A DNA stretch of 64,000 nucleotides, from the NCBI GenBank assembly GCA_963758635.1, contig CAVWWD010000007.1, positions 320,001 to 384,000 on the forward strand. Reading direction: 5' to 3'. Positions 19,442-31,504 of this stretch are shown here, in pieces (within the stretch, counting starts at the first letter, position 1; the number at the start of each line of letters is the position of its first letter). The translations under genes and the position numbers were made by a program. Below the pieces are notes generated by a model. It was not told the origin of the DNA. It ran no database searches and worked only from the letters and a program-made list of their open reading frames with translations. The stretch comes from an uncultured Candidatus Rokubacteria bacterium (GTDB taxonomy: Bacteria > Methylomirabilota > Methylomirabilia > Rokubacteriales > CSP1-6).

Positions 19442-19667
19442 GGGGTCTCTGCGCGACACATTTCGCAAACTTGTCGGGCAGCGTCGCAGTTCGGTCCGGG
19501 GCTCTGTAAAGGTCTTGGAACAGATGGAGGTCGGAACCAACGAATTGCGGGGCGGTCGATCTGGAAATGTGTTGCCCACTGTGGCGAGACCCGGATCGGA
19601 AGAAGGAATCCTTTCTCGCGACGGGTTCGACGCGCTTCGAGGCACACATGTGAGGAGGGCTCGATGG

Positions 19668-20810
19668 CTACAGACTGCGCCAGAGCTGGGCGGACGCCAT
19701 GCGGGCGCCCTCGGCCATGGCCTTGAGCTTCTCCCACACGATCTCCGGCTCCACCTGGTTGTTGGAGCGCGCGAAGGTGCCGAAGCCGCAGTCGCTGCCC
19801 GCGAGCACGCGCTCGCGGCCCACGACCTCCGCGTAGCGCACGATGCGCTGGGCGACCAGCTCGGGATGCTCGATGAAGTTGGTCGTGGAGTCGACGACGC
19901 CGGGGATGAGGACCTTGTCCTCGGGGAGCTTGACCTCCTTGAAGACCACCCACTCGTGCTCGTGGCGCGGGTTGGCGCCCTCCAGCGAGAGGCCCTGCGG
20001 CCGCGCCCGCAGCACGATGCGGACGATCTCGCGGAGCGGGACGTCGCGGTGGTGGGGGCCCTCGTAGTTCCCCCAGCAGAGGTGAAGCCGCATCCGGTCG
20101 GGCGCGATGTCGCGGAGCGCGTGGTTGAGCGCCTCCACGTTGGCCTCGGCGATCTTGAGCCACTCCTTGGTGGGCATCTCGGCGAAGGCGAGGTGCCGGC
20201 CCATGGCGAGGTCGGGGCAGTCCACCTGCAGCGTATAGCCCGACGCCGCGATGGCGTCGTACTCCTCCTTCATGAGGTCGGCGAGCCGCGCCAGGTACGC
20301 CTCGCGCGACGGGTAGTGCTCGTTGCGCAGGAAGTGGGCGATGACGCCCGGCGAGGCCGCGGTCATGAACACGTCGGTGGGACGCGCGGCGGCGACGGCG
20401 GCGCGGAGATGCGCGATGTCCCGCTCGGGCGCGGCGCGGTCCTTCCACTCGATGGGGCCGGTGCACGAGGGGCGCGACACCGTGGAGCGGCCGACGCGCG
20501 CCGCCGCCGCGGGGAAGTCCCCCCAGTCGGCGCGCTGGGCCACGACGCTCGTGCCGTCGAACCCGGTCATCCGGTGGCGGACGTAGGTCGAGTAGCCGAC
20601 CTTGCCCTGCTCCCCGTCGTTGACCACGTCGACGCCGGCGTCCACCTGCTGCTGCACGATCTCGGTGACGGCGCGGCGCACGCGCGCCTCGAACGCCGCG
20701 GGATCGGGCGCCGTGCCCGCGTCCAGGGCCTCCAGCGTCGTGGTCAGGTCGGCCGGGCGCGGCAGGCTGCCGGTGTGGGTCGTGAGGATACGGTCGGTGC
20801 TGAGCTTCAT
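19668..20810 (-). CDS. Cobalamin-independent methionine synthase II family (MetE-like, single domain)
   Basis: 'ILTTHTGSLPRP', 'VVNDGEQGK', 'LHLCWGNYEGPH', 'GSDCGFGT'. Confidence 0.9.
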   Translation of the reverse strand: MKLSTDRILTTHTGSLPRPADLTTTLEALDAGTAPDPAAFEARVRRAVTEIVQQQVDAGVDVVNDGEQGKVGYSTYVRHRMTGFDGTSVVAQRADWGDFPAAAARVGRSTVSRPSCTGPIEWKDRAAPERDIAHLRAAVAAARPTDVFMTAASPGVIAHFLRNEHYPSREAYLARLADLMKEEYDAIAASGYTLQVDCPDLAMGRHLAFAEMPTKEWLKIAEANVEALNHALRDIAPDRMRLHLCWGNYEGPHHRDVPLREIVRIVLRARPQGLSLEGANPRHEHEWVVFKEVKLPEDKVLIPGVVDSTTNFIEHPELVAQRIVRYAEVVGRERVLAGSDCGFGTFARSNNQVEPEIVWEKLKAMAEGARMASAQLWRSL

Positions 20811-20847
20811 GACAGGGTCTCCTTCCGGTCCGCGGGTGGTCCGGGCG

Positions 20848-22513
20848 TCAGGATGGGGTCGGGTTCGATTCGGCGAGGAAGAGCTCGCGCAGCCTGGCCT
20901 TCTGCGCCTTGTCGCCGTGGGGTCCGGGGGTGCGGGGCACGTCGGCCACGACGCGCACGGCGCGCGGCACCTTGTAGGACGCGATCTTGCCGCGGCAGTG
21001 ATCGACCAGCTCGGCCTCGGTGGGCGCCTCGCCGGCCCGGGGGATCACGTAGGCCACCGCCGCCTCGTTCAGCCGCGGGTCCGGCACGCCGATCACGAAG
21101 GCCTGCATGACCTTCGGGTGCGTCATCAGGTAGGCCTCGATCTCCGCCGGCGACGACCATGAAGTGGCTGATGCGGAGCGCCTCCCGGAGCCGGTTCCGG
21201 AAGATCGTGCGGCCATCCGCGTCGCGCCGCCCGAGGTCGCCGGTCTTGAACCAGCCGTCCTCGGTGAAGGCGGCGGCGGTCTCCTCGGGCTTGTCGTGGT
21301 AGCCCGGCGTGACGAGGCGGCCGCGAAACCACATCTCGCCCTCGCCGCCGGGCTCCACGTCTCGCCCCGTTCCCGGGTCGACCACGCGCACGTCCACGCC
21401 CTCCGCGGGCCACACGCCGGAGCGCGCGCGCTCCTCCACGGGCTCGTCCAGGTGATGGAGCAGGCAGAGCGCGTTCAGCTCGGTCATGCCGTAGGGCTGG
21501 TAGGCGTACGGCATCCCGAGGCGGCGCACGACCTCCTCGAAGAGCCCGTCGCGTCCACCGCCCGTCATGCCGATGCCGCCGGTGCGGAGCGCCGGCCGCG
21601 TCCGCCGCGCGAGGTCGGGATGATCGACGACGGCGATGGCCATGGCGTCCACCGCGTTCCACACGGAGATGCGCTCGCGCTCCATCAGGTGGAGCGCCAC
21701 GCCCGCCTCGAAGGTGTCCATGAGGACGAGGCAGCCGCCGTGGGCGAACGTCGTCTGCGGGATGCAGAGGCCGCCCCAGGTGCCGGACAAGGGCAGGGCG
21801 TGGAGCACGCGGTCGTCGGGGCTCAGGCGGAGCACGCCGCCCGCGTGCCAGCCGTGCGGCACCGCGTTCCGGTGGGTCACGATCGCGCCCTTGGGGAACG
21901 AGGTGGTACCCGACGTGTAGAGGATCGTGAACGGGTCGTCGGCGCGGAGGAGGACGCCGGCCCGGACGAGCGCGGCCTCCAGCTCGTCGTCGTCGGCGTC
22001 GCGGAGCACGTCGGCCAGGCGGAGGCAGCCCGGATACGGATCGTCGGCGTCCACGATCACGCGCGCGAGGCGCGGGAAGCCGGCGGCGTCGAGCGCGCCC
22101 GGCTCCGCGCGCGCGAGCCCCGGCAGCACCTGGCCCAGCGTCTCGAGGTAGTCCACGGGGCCGAGGTGATCGGTGAGCAGGAGCGTGGTGGCGTTCGACT
22201 GGCGGAGGATGTACGAGAGCTCGTGGGCCTTGTAGCGGGGGTTGAGCGCGACTACGACCGCGCCGGCCAGCGCGCAGCCGTACTGGGCGAAGAGCCACTC
22301 GGGGCGATTCGGCAGCCAGACCGCGACGGTGTCCCCCCGGCCCACGCCGAGCCCGATCAGCGCGCGGGCGAACCGCCGCGCCTCGCGCCAGAACGACGCG
22401 TAGGTGACGCGGCGGTCGGCGGCGACGATCGCCTCGCGCTCGGGCCAGCGCGCCGCGGCCACGGCGAGGAGATCCGCCGCCGTCGCGTCGATGAACGGGT
22501 TGCCCGTGGCCAT
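20848..22513 (-). CDS. AMP-binding acyl-CoA synthetase (apparent +1 frameshift near 21155)
   Basis: 'YTSGTTSFPKG', 'YGMTE', 'GWFKTGDLG', then the shifted frame 'SPAEIEAYL...IASYKVP'. Confidence 0.85.
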
Positions 22514-22596
22514 GCGCCCGATCATACCCCGGCGTCCGGCCGGCGCTCGGACGAGGACGCCGGGCACTGGTGTCTGTTTCGGATGGAACCGTCGTT

Positions 22597-22720
22597 CCCT
22601 CTCCCCCAAAAAGGGGAGAGGGCAGGGTGAGGGGCGGTCGAACCAGCATGCGGAACGTCTGGCCGCGAGGTAGTGCCACCGACCCTCACCCCGGCCCTCT
22701 CCCTGGAAGGGAGAGGGAGA
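22597..22720. repeat. Inverted pair of BoxC-like palindromic elements
   Basis: CCCTCTCCCCC-AAAAA-GGGGAGAGGGCAGGGTGAGGG (22597-22633) and CCCTCACCCCGGCCCTCTCCC-TGGAA-GGGAGAGGG (22683-22717). Confidence 0.8.
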
Positions 22721-22791
22721 GACGCGAGCATCGGCGCCTCAAATTGCGACACCGGACGGGGCGCTTGACCGTCGATGCCGCGCCCGCCACC

Positions 22792-24198
22792 ATGACGACC
22801 GTGAGCGAGCTCCGCCTCTGCATTGACGACGAGCGCGTGCTCGGCATCGCCGCGGCCGTGCGCGACGCCGGTGGGCGCGCGCTGCTCGTGGGCGGTGTCG
22901 TGCGCGACGCCCTCGCGGGGGCGCCTCCGCCGCTCCGCGACGTGGACCTGGAGGTCTACGGGATCGACGGCGAGCGGCTCCGGGCCCTCCTCGGCCGGTT
23001 CGGCCCCGTGAACGCCGTGGGCGCGGCGTTCACCGTGTACCGCGTGGGCGACATCGACGTGAGCATCCCGCGGCGCGACTCGAAGACCGGGCGCGGGCAC
23101 CGCGGCTTCACCGTGACCGGCGATCCGACGATGACGGTGGAGGAAGCGGCCCACCGGCGGGACTTCACGGTGAACGCGATCCTCGCCGATCCGCTGACCG
23201 GCCGGGTGATCGATCCCGTCGGCGGCGTCGCCGACCTCTCCGCGCGGCGGCTCCGCGTGGTGGACGCGGCCACCTTCGGCGAGGACTCGCTCCGCGTGCT
23301 TCGCGCCATGCAGCTCGCCGCCCGCTTCGAGCTGACCCTCGACCCCGACACGGTGGCGGTCTGCCGGGCCGTCGCCCTCGACGACCTGCCCGCGGAGCGC
23401 GTCCAGGGCGAGTTCGACAAGCTGCTGCTGCGCGCGCGCCGGCCGTCCATCGGGCTTCAGGTGGGGCGCGACCTCGGCGTCATCGACGCTCTGTTCCCCG
23501 AGCTGGCCGCGCTCGTGGGATGCGCGCAGGAGCCCGCCTGGCACCCCGAAGGCGACGTGTGGGTGCACACGCTCCAGGTGGTGGACGTGGCCACCGGCCT
23601 GATCGACGACCTCCCGCGCCCGAAGCGGCTCACCGTGATGCTGGGCGCGCTCTGCCACGACCTCGGCAAGCCCTCGACCACCGAGCTCCGCGAGGGCCGC
23701 ATCCGGTCATTTGACCACGAGGACGCCGGCGTGGCGCCGACGCGCGCCGTGCTGGACCGGCTGAACGTCCACACCCTGGACGGCTACGACGTGCGCGGGC
23801 AGGTGATCGCGCTGGTGGCCGATCACCTCAAGCCCGGGCAGTTCTTCCAGGCGCGCGATCGGGTCGGCGACGCCGCGTTCCGGCGCCTCGCCGTGCGCTG
23901 CGAGCTGGACCTGCTCTACCGGGTGGCGAAGGCCGACGCGCTGGGGCGGCGCAAGGAGGGCGCGCCCGCGCCCAGCGCCGAAGCCCAGGAGTGGTTCCTC
24001 GATCGGGCGCGGGCGCTCGAGGTCGCTAGCGAGGCGCCGCGCCCGCTCGTCCTCGGGCGGCATCTCCTCGCGATGGGGCTCTCGCCGGGGCCGCGAATCG
24101 GCGAGATCACCCGGAGAGTCTACGAGCTGCAGCTCGACGGCGCCGTGGCCACCCTCGACGAGGCGCTGGCGGCGGCGAGGCAGCTCGCCGAGAGCTGA
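22792..24198 (+). CDS. cca: CCA tRNA nucleotidyltransferase with HD domain
   Basis: 'LVGGVVRD...DVDLE', 'RRDFTVNA', 'EDSLRVLRA', 'WHPEGDVWVHT', 'LCHDLGK', 'GLSPGPRIG'. Confidence 0.88.
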   Translation: MTTVSELRLCIDDERVLGIAAAVRDAGGRALLVGGVVRDALAGAPPPLRDVDLEVYGIDGERLRALLGRFGPVNAVGAAFTVYRVGDIDVSIPRRDSKTGRGHRGFTVTGDPTMTVEEAAHRRDFTVNAILADPLTGRVIDPVGGVADLSARRLRVVDAATFGEDSLRVLRAMQLAARFELTLDPDTVAVCRAVALDDLPAERVQGEFDKLLLRARRPSIGLQVGRDLGVIDALFPELAALVGCAQEPAWHPEGDVWVHTLQVVDVATGLIDDLPRPKRLTVMLGALCHDLGKPSTTELREGRIRSFDHEDAGVAPTRAVLDRLNVHTLDGYDVRGQVIALVADHLKPGQFFQARDRVGDAAFRRLAVRCELDLLYRVAKADALGRRKEGAPAPSAEAQEWFLDRARALEVASEAPRPLVLGRHLLAMGLSPGPRIGEITRRVYELQLDGAVATLDEALAAARQLAES

Positions 24199-24266
24199 TC
24201 CCTCGCGGCTGATGTCGCGGTTCGCCCTGCCGGAAGCGCGGCGGGGCGGCAGCCCGAGTCGGGACG

Positions 24267-24303
24267 TGTCATACGTACGATACAGTTTGCAGTACGTACG
24301 ACA
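24267..24303. promoter_or_regulatory. Inverted-repeat operator of the TA operon
   Basis: TGTCATACGTAC-N13-GTACGTACGACA (11/12 match) about 30 bp upstream of the antitoxin start. Confidence 0.6.
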
Positions 24304-24335
24304 TGGCGGTAGCGTGATTCGCACGGGAGGCGATC

Positions 24336-24593
24336 ATGACCGATCCGACCAGGCTCACCGCGTCCAAGCTCCGCCAGAACGTGTACCGGATCCTCGACCA
24401 GGTGCTCGACACCGGCGTGGCCGTCGAGATCGAACGTCACGGGCGCCGGCTCCGCATCGTGCCCGCCACGGCCGGACGCGCTCCAGTCCGGAGCAAGCTG
24501 AGCCGGCTCAGAGGCCCGGGCCGCCGCCGCTACTTGCGCTGCGCGCCGGAGGCTCTCGTGCACATCGACTGGTCCCGCGAATGGCGGCCGTGA
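24336..24593 (+). CDS. Phd/YefM-family antitoxin
   Basis: 'TASKLRQNVYRILDQVLDTGVAVEIERHGRRLRI'; stop overlaps the toxin GTG. Confidence 0.8.
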   Translation: MTDPTRLTASKLRQNVYRILDQVLDTGVAVEIERHGRRLRIVPATAGRAPVRSKLSRLRGPGRRRYLRCAPEALVHIDWSREWRP

Positions 24594-24971
24594 TCTATCT
24601 CGACACGCACGTGGCCGCGTGGCTCTACGACGGGCGGGCCGATCTCATCCCGTCGAGGGCGCGTGCCCTCATCGAGGCTCGGCCCGTGCTGGCGTCACCG
24701 ATGGTCGTGCTGGAGCTCGAGTACCTGTTCGAGACCGGCCGCACGCGGGAGTCCGCCCGTACCGTCCTGCAAGGGCTGGGACGCGACATCGGCCTCCGGT
24801 TGTGCGACCTTCCGTTCGCCAACGTCGCCGGGGCGGCGGTGCGCCAGTCGTGGACCCGCGATCCCTTCGATCGGATCATCGTGGCCCAGGCGGCGGTCCG
24901 AGGCGCGCCCCTGATCACGAAGGATGCCGGAGATCCGCGCCCACTACCAACGGGCCATCTGGGGGCGCTGA
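24590..24971 (+). CDS. PIN-domain (VapC-like) toxin (apparent +1 insertion near 24930)
   Basis: 'IYLDTHV', 'SPMVVLELEYL', 'TRDPFDRIIVAQA', 'LITKD', then corrected frame 'EIRAHYQRAIW'. Confidence 0.82.
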
Positions 24972-24988
24972 CCCAGGATCCTCGCGCC

Positions 24989-26604
<1,616 letters not shown>

Positions 26605-26608
<4 letters not shown>

Positions 26609-27627
26609 AGGCCCTTCCGGGGATCGAAGGCGTCGCGGATCGCCTCGCCGACGAAGACGAGGAGCGAGAGCGTGGTGGCGAGCACGAGGAAGCCGGTGAG
26701 GCCGATCCACGGGGCCTGCAGATTCGCCTTGCCCTGGGCGAGGATCTCGCCGAGCGAGGCGGAGCCGGGGGGCAGCCCGAAGCCCAGGAAGTCGAGCGAG
26801 GTGAGCGTGGTGATCGACCCGTTGAGCACGAAGGGCAGGAAGGTGAGCGTGGCGACCATGGCGTTCGGCAGCACGTGGCGGAACATGATCACGCGGGTGC
26901 GCACGCCGAGGGCGCGCGCCGCGCGGACGTAGTCGAAGTTCCGGGCGCGCAGGAACTCCGCGCGCACGACCGAGACCAGCGCGGTCCAGCTCCACAGGAG
27001 CATCAGCCCGAGGAGCCACCAGAACCCCGGCTCCACCAGGCTCGCCAGGATGATCAGGAGGTAGAGCACGGGCAGCCCCGACCAGATCTCGAGCGCGCGC
27101 TGGAAGACCAGGTCGACCCACCCGCCGAAGTAGCCCTGGACGGCGCCGGCGGCGATGCCGATCACCGACGACGCCACGGTGAGGACCAGCCCGAAGAGCA
27201 CCGAGATGCGGAACGCGTAGATGAGCCGGGCGAGGAGGTCGCGCGCCTGGTCGTCGGTGCCGAGCCAGTTCGCGGCCGACGGGCGCCCGGGCGCGGGCAC
27301 GGTGAGCGCGTAGTTCATCGTGCGGTACGAGTAGCGGATCGGCGGCCAGAGCATCCAGCCCTTGTCCTCGATCAGCTCGCGCACGAAGGGATCGCGGTAG
27401 TCGGCGGGGGTAGGCAGCGCGCCACCGAAGGCCGTCTCCGGATACGACACGAGGACGGGAACGAACCAGCGCCTGTCGTGACGGACGAGAATCGGGCGGT
27501 CGTTGGCGATGACCTCCGCGCCCAGGCTCACGCCGAAGAACGCGAGGAAGATCCACAAGGACCACCAGCCGCGGCGGTTCGCGCGGAAGGCGCGGAGGCG
27601 GCGCCGGGTGAGGGGGGAGAGCGCCAC
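26605..27627 (-). CDS. yejE: Peptide ABC permease, YejE-like
   Basis: 'RRLRAFRANRRGWWSL', 'NWLGTDDQARD', 'LTSLDFLGFGLPPGSASLGE'. Confidence 0.88.
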
Positions 27628-27630
27628 CGG

Positions 27631-28737
27631 TCAGCCCTCGCGCCGCTCGAAGTCGATGCGCGGGTCGACGGCGACGTAGGTGAGGTCGCTCAGGATGTTC
27701 AGGAGCAAGCCGATCAGCGTGTAGATGTAGAGCGTGCCGAACATCACCGGGTAGTCCCGGTTGATCGCCGCCTCGAAGCCGAGCAGCCCCAGGCCGTCGA
27801 GCGAGAAGATGACCTCGACGAGGAGCGCCCCGGTGAAGAGGATGCCGATGAACGCGGCGGGGAAGCCGGCGACCACGATCAGCATGGCGTTCCTGAACAC
27901 GTGGCCGTAGAGCACCCGGCGCCGCGACAGGCCCTTGGCCCGCGCGGTCACGACGTACTGCTTGCCGATCTCCTCGAGGAACGAGTTCTTCGTGAGCATG
28001 GTGAGCCCGGCGAACCCGCCGGCGAGCAGCGCGGTCACGGGCAGCGTGATGTGCCAGAGGTAGTCCAGCACGCGCGCCGGCCACGAGAGCGACCGCCAGT
28101 CGGGCGACAGGAGCCCGCGGAGCGGGAACCAGTCGAGGAAGCTCCCGCCCGCGAAGAGCACCACGAGCAGGATGGCGAAGAGGAACCCGGGGATCGCGTA
28201 GCCCACGATCACCACCGCGCTCGACCACACGTCGAAGGCCGAGCCGTCGCGCACGGCCTTGGCGATGCCGAGCGGGATCGACACCAGGTAGACCAGCACG
28301 GTGGTCCAGAGCCCGAGCGAGATCGACACCGGCAGCTTCTCGCGCACCAGGTCGATCACCGGCCGGTCGCGGAAGAAGCTCTGCCCGAAGTCGAAGAGCG
28401 CGTAGCTCTTCAGCATCTTGACGAAGCGCTCCACCGGCGGCCGGTCGAAGCCGTACATGCGCTCGAGCTGCCGGATCAGCTCCGGGTCCATCCCGCGCGC
28501 CCCGCGGTACTGGCTGGCCGGGTCCGAGGCGGTCGCGGCGCGCGGCGCCTGGGGAGCGTCGCCGCGCGCGCTGCCGCCGATGCGGGACGTGGGGTCGCCG
28601 CCCGCGCCCTTGATGCGGGCGATGGTCTGCTCCACCGGCCCGCCGGGCGCGGCCTGGATGATGACGAAGTTGACCAGCATGATGCCGAAGAGGGTAGGGA
28701 CGATCAGGACCAGGCGCCGGAGGACGTAGCCGAGCAT
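27631..28737 (-). CDS. yejB: Peptide ABC permease, YejB-like
   Basis: '[12 protein letters not shown]', '[11 protein letters not shown]', '[15 protein letters not shown]', 'RDYPVMFG'. Confidence 0.9.
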   Translation of the reverse strand: MLGYVLRRLVLIVPTLFGIMLVNFVIIQAAPGGPVEQTIARIKGAGGDPTSRIGGSARGDAPQAPRAATASDPASQYRGARGMDPELIRQLERMYGFDRPPVERFVKMLKSYALFDFGQSFFRDRPVIDLVREKLPVSISLGLWTTVLVYLVSIPLGIAKAVRDGSAFDVWSSAVVIVGYAIPGFLFAILLVVLFAGGSFLDWFPLRGLLSPDWRSLSWPARVLDYLWHITLPVTALLAGGFAGLTMLTKNSFLEEIGKQYVVTARAKGLSRRRVLYGHVFRNAMLIVVAGFPAAFIGILFTGALLVEVIFSLDGLGLLGFEAAINRDYPVMFGTLYIYTLIGLLLNILSDLTYVAVDPRIDFERREG

Positions 28738-28744
28738 CGCGCCC

Positions 28745-30594
28745 CTACCTCGCCTCTCCCCGCCGGGCGTCGAGCGCCGCCGCCTTGGCCGGGTCGATCC
28801 ACCAGCCGTCGAAGCCCAGGGAGTAGCGCGGGGTCACCCGCGGCCGCCCGAAGCGGTCCCAGTAGGCGAGGCGGAAGCCCTGGAAGTGATAGTGGGGGAC
28901 CGCGTAGTGCCCCCACAGCAGCACCCGGTCCAGCGCGCGCGTCCGCGCGATCAGGCCCGCTCGGTCCGGCGCGGCGACCACCAGGTCGATGAGCGCGTCC
29001 ACCACCGGGTCCTTGATGCCGGCGAGGTTGCGGCTGCCGGGCACGTCCGCCTTCTCCGTCGACCAGAAGTCCCGCTGCTCGTTGCCCGGGGACAGCGACT
29101 GCCCCCACACCGTCACCGTCAGGTCGAAGTCGAAATGGTCGAGCCGGTACTGGTACTGCGCGGCGTCCACCGTGCGGACGCGCGCGGCCACGCCGAGGCG
29201 CTCCAGGTTCTTCACGAACGGCAGCGCGATCCGCTCGAACGAGGCGTCGTCCACGAGGATCTCCAGGCTCATGGGCTCGCCCGTCCGCGCGTTCACCAGG
29301 CGCTGGTCCCGCACGACCCAGCCCGCCTCCCGGAGGAGGGCCAGCGCCTCGATCACCCCCGGGCGGATGAAGCCGGAGCCGTCGGTGGTGGGCGGGCGGT
29401 ACTCGCGCGTGAACACCTCCTCGGGCACGCGGCCGCGGAAGGGCTCGAGGACGGCGAGCTCCTCGGGGCTGGGCAGGCCGCGGGAGGCGAGCTCGGAGTT
29501 CGAGAAGTAGCTGGCCGTCCGGGTGTAGGCGCCGTAGAAGAGGTGCGCGTTGCTCCACTCGAAGTCGAACGCGTGGGCGAGGGCGGCGCGCACGCGGCGG
29601 TCCTGGAGCACCGGCCGCCGCGTGTTGTAGACGAACCCCTGCATGCCGGTGGGGATCTCGTGGCGGATCGTCTCCCGGCGGATCAGCCCCTGGCGGAGCG
29701 CGGGGCTGTCGTAGCCGCGGGCCCAGGCCTTGGCGGAGTTCTCGTCGCGGAAGTCGTAGGCCCCGGCCTTGAACGCCTCCAGCGAGACGGTGGAGTCGCG
29801 GTAGTAGTCGTAGCGGATCACGTCGAAGTTGAAGCGGCCGACGTTGACGGGCAGCTTCGCGCCCCAGTAGTCGGGCACGCGCCGGTAGGTGATCGACCGC
29901 CCGGGATCGACGGACTCCACCCGGTACGCGCCGCTGCCCAGCGGCGGCTCGAGCGTGGTGCGGTCGAAGGGCCGGCGGCTCCACGCCGCGCGCGAGAGCA
30001 CCGGCATCTGGCCGGTGATGAGGGCCAGCTCCCGGTTGTCGCCGGGGGCGAACGTGAAGCGAACCTTGCGGGGCCCGAGGGCCTCCACCGACGCCACCTT
30101 GGCGTAGTACGCGCGGTAGAAGGGATGTCCCTTGGCGCGGAGCGTCTGGAACGTCCAGACCGCGTCGTCCGCGGTGACCGGGGTCCCGTCGTGGAACCGC
30201 GCCTCGGCGCGCAGCGTGTAGGCGACCCAGGAGCGGTCCGCGGGCAGCTCCACGCTCTCGGCCAGGAGCCCGTACTCGGCGAACGCCTCGTCCGACGAGG
30301 CCACCGTGAGGGTCTCGAAGACGCCGCCGATGCCGACGGCGGGCACCCCCTTCAGGATGAAGGGATTCAAGTTGTCGAAGGTGCCCGACGGCGGCGAGCT
30401 TGACGAGGCCGCCCTTGGGCGCGTCGGGGTTCACGTAGTCGAAGTGGCGGAACGACGGACCGTACTTCAGGTCGCCGTACATCGACAGCCCGTGGCTGAC
30501 CGAGGGGGCCGGGGGAGTCTTCTGGGCGAGCGGCGGGGACGGACAGGAGCGCGGCGAGGGAGAGCGTTGCGACGAGGACTCGTATGGCTCCCAT
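28745..30594 (-). CDS. yejA: Peptide ABC substrate-binding protein, YejA-like (apparent frameshifts near 30535 and 30385)
   Basis: 'YGDLKY...[13 protein letters not shown]', '[11 protein letters not shown]', '[12 protein letters not shown]', '[12 protein letters not shown]'. Confidence 0.85.
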
Positions 30595-30629
30595 CCCGAT
30601 CGCTCGAGCGCGGAGGGCGCTGGACCGGC

Positions 30630-30812
30630 TCAAGCCTGGGGCCGGGGCGGCGCCTTCTTCGCCTCCTCCTTCATGTAGCGCTCCATCGCCTCCATGAGGA
30701 GGCCGAGCGCTTCCTTCTCGGTGCGGCCGGTCGCCGTCACGTTCGGGTAGGCCACCGCCATCGCCTTGAACACGCCGCCCTCCTCCGCGGTCAGCTCGAC
30801 CTCGAATCTCAT
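30630..30812 (-). CDS. Short HicB-like (partial RNase H fold) protein, 60 aa
   Basis: 'MRFEVELTAEEGGVFKAMAVAYPNVTATGRTEKEALGLLMEAMERY' fits the HicB N-terminal pattern. Confidence 0.6.
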   Translation of the reverse strand: MRFEVELTAEEGGVFKAMAVAYPNVTATGRTEKEALGLLMEAMERYMKEEAKKAPPRPQA

Positions 30813-30829
30813 CCGGCCCCCGGTCCGGC

Positions 30830-31291
30830 CTACGGCCGGCTCTTGGCCTCCTCGATGAGCTTGCCCAGGCGCGAGCCCGAGCGGACCGGCTCGACGAAGA
30901 GGATGTGATCGGCGTTGAGGATCAACGTGTCCGGCTCGTCGGCGCCGCGCTTCGCCAGCGACTCGACGGCCTTGCCCCCCTCTCCCGGCTTGCTCTGGAG
31001 CGTGTAGATGTCGGAGAGGACGGGGAAGGCCGAGTCGAGCTTCTCGAGGCGGCCGACGAACACCTGCCCGCTCGTCAGCGTCACCGCCTGGTAGCGCGTG
31101 GTGATCGCCGCGCCACCCGCCGCGGCCTGGGGCGGGCGTGATGGGCCGGCGAGTATCAGCCCGGCGAGGAGGCCGATCACGATCCCGGCCGCGAGCCCGA
31201 CCAGGAGGAAGACGTACCGGCGCCGGCGGCGGGCGTACCGATCGCTCGGCCGCATCCGCCTGGACTGCTCGATCACCGCCTCGGTCGCCAT
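30830..31291 (-). CDS. Conserved hypothetical single-pass membrane protein with Sm-like beta domain
   Basis: TM helix, then 'YQAVTLTSGQVFVGRL...LSDIYTL...ILNADHILFVEP'. Confidence 0.6.
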   Translation of the reverse strand: MATEAVIEQSRRMRPSDRYARRRRRYVFLLVGLAAGIVIGLLAGLILAGPSRPPQAAAGGAAITTRYQAVTLTSGQVFVGRLEKLDSAFPVLSDIYTLQSKPGEGGKAVESLAKRGADEPDTLILNADHILFVEPVRSGSRLGKLIEEAKSRP

Positions 31292-31414
31292 GTCGCCTCT
31301 CGGGTCGTCTGGACCCGGCGCAGGCGCCTGGTCCGTGCGGCGATCTTAGCACGCGGCCTTCCGGGCCCTGGCAGGGCGCGGCGGATCCGTCGCGCCCTGG
31401 CCGCGCGGCTCGTG

Positions 31415-31490
31415 AGCCCCGCGCATCAGACTCATACCGAGCGGTGGGACTGTAGAGGCCCGTGGCGGTTACCGTATTCTGCGAGGGTCA
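31415..31490 (-). repeat. Repeat family B, copy 2 (76 bp)
   Basis: Ungapped match to 6129-6204. Confidence 0.9.
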
Positions 31491-31504
31491 TTCGTCGCGG
31501 CGGG

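Noticed and set aside
19668..20810. Calling this metE
   Set aside because: Single-domain MetE-like family; methionine synthase function cannot be inferred from sequence
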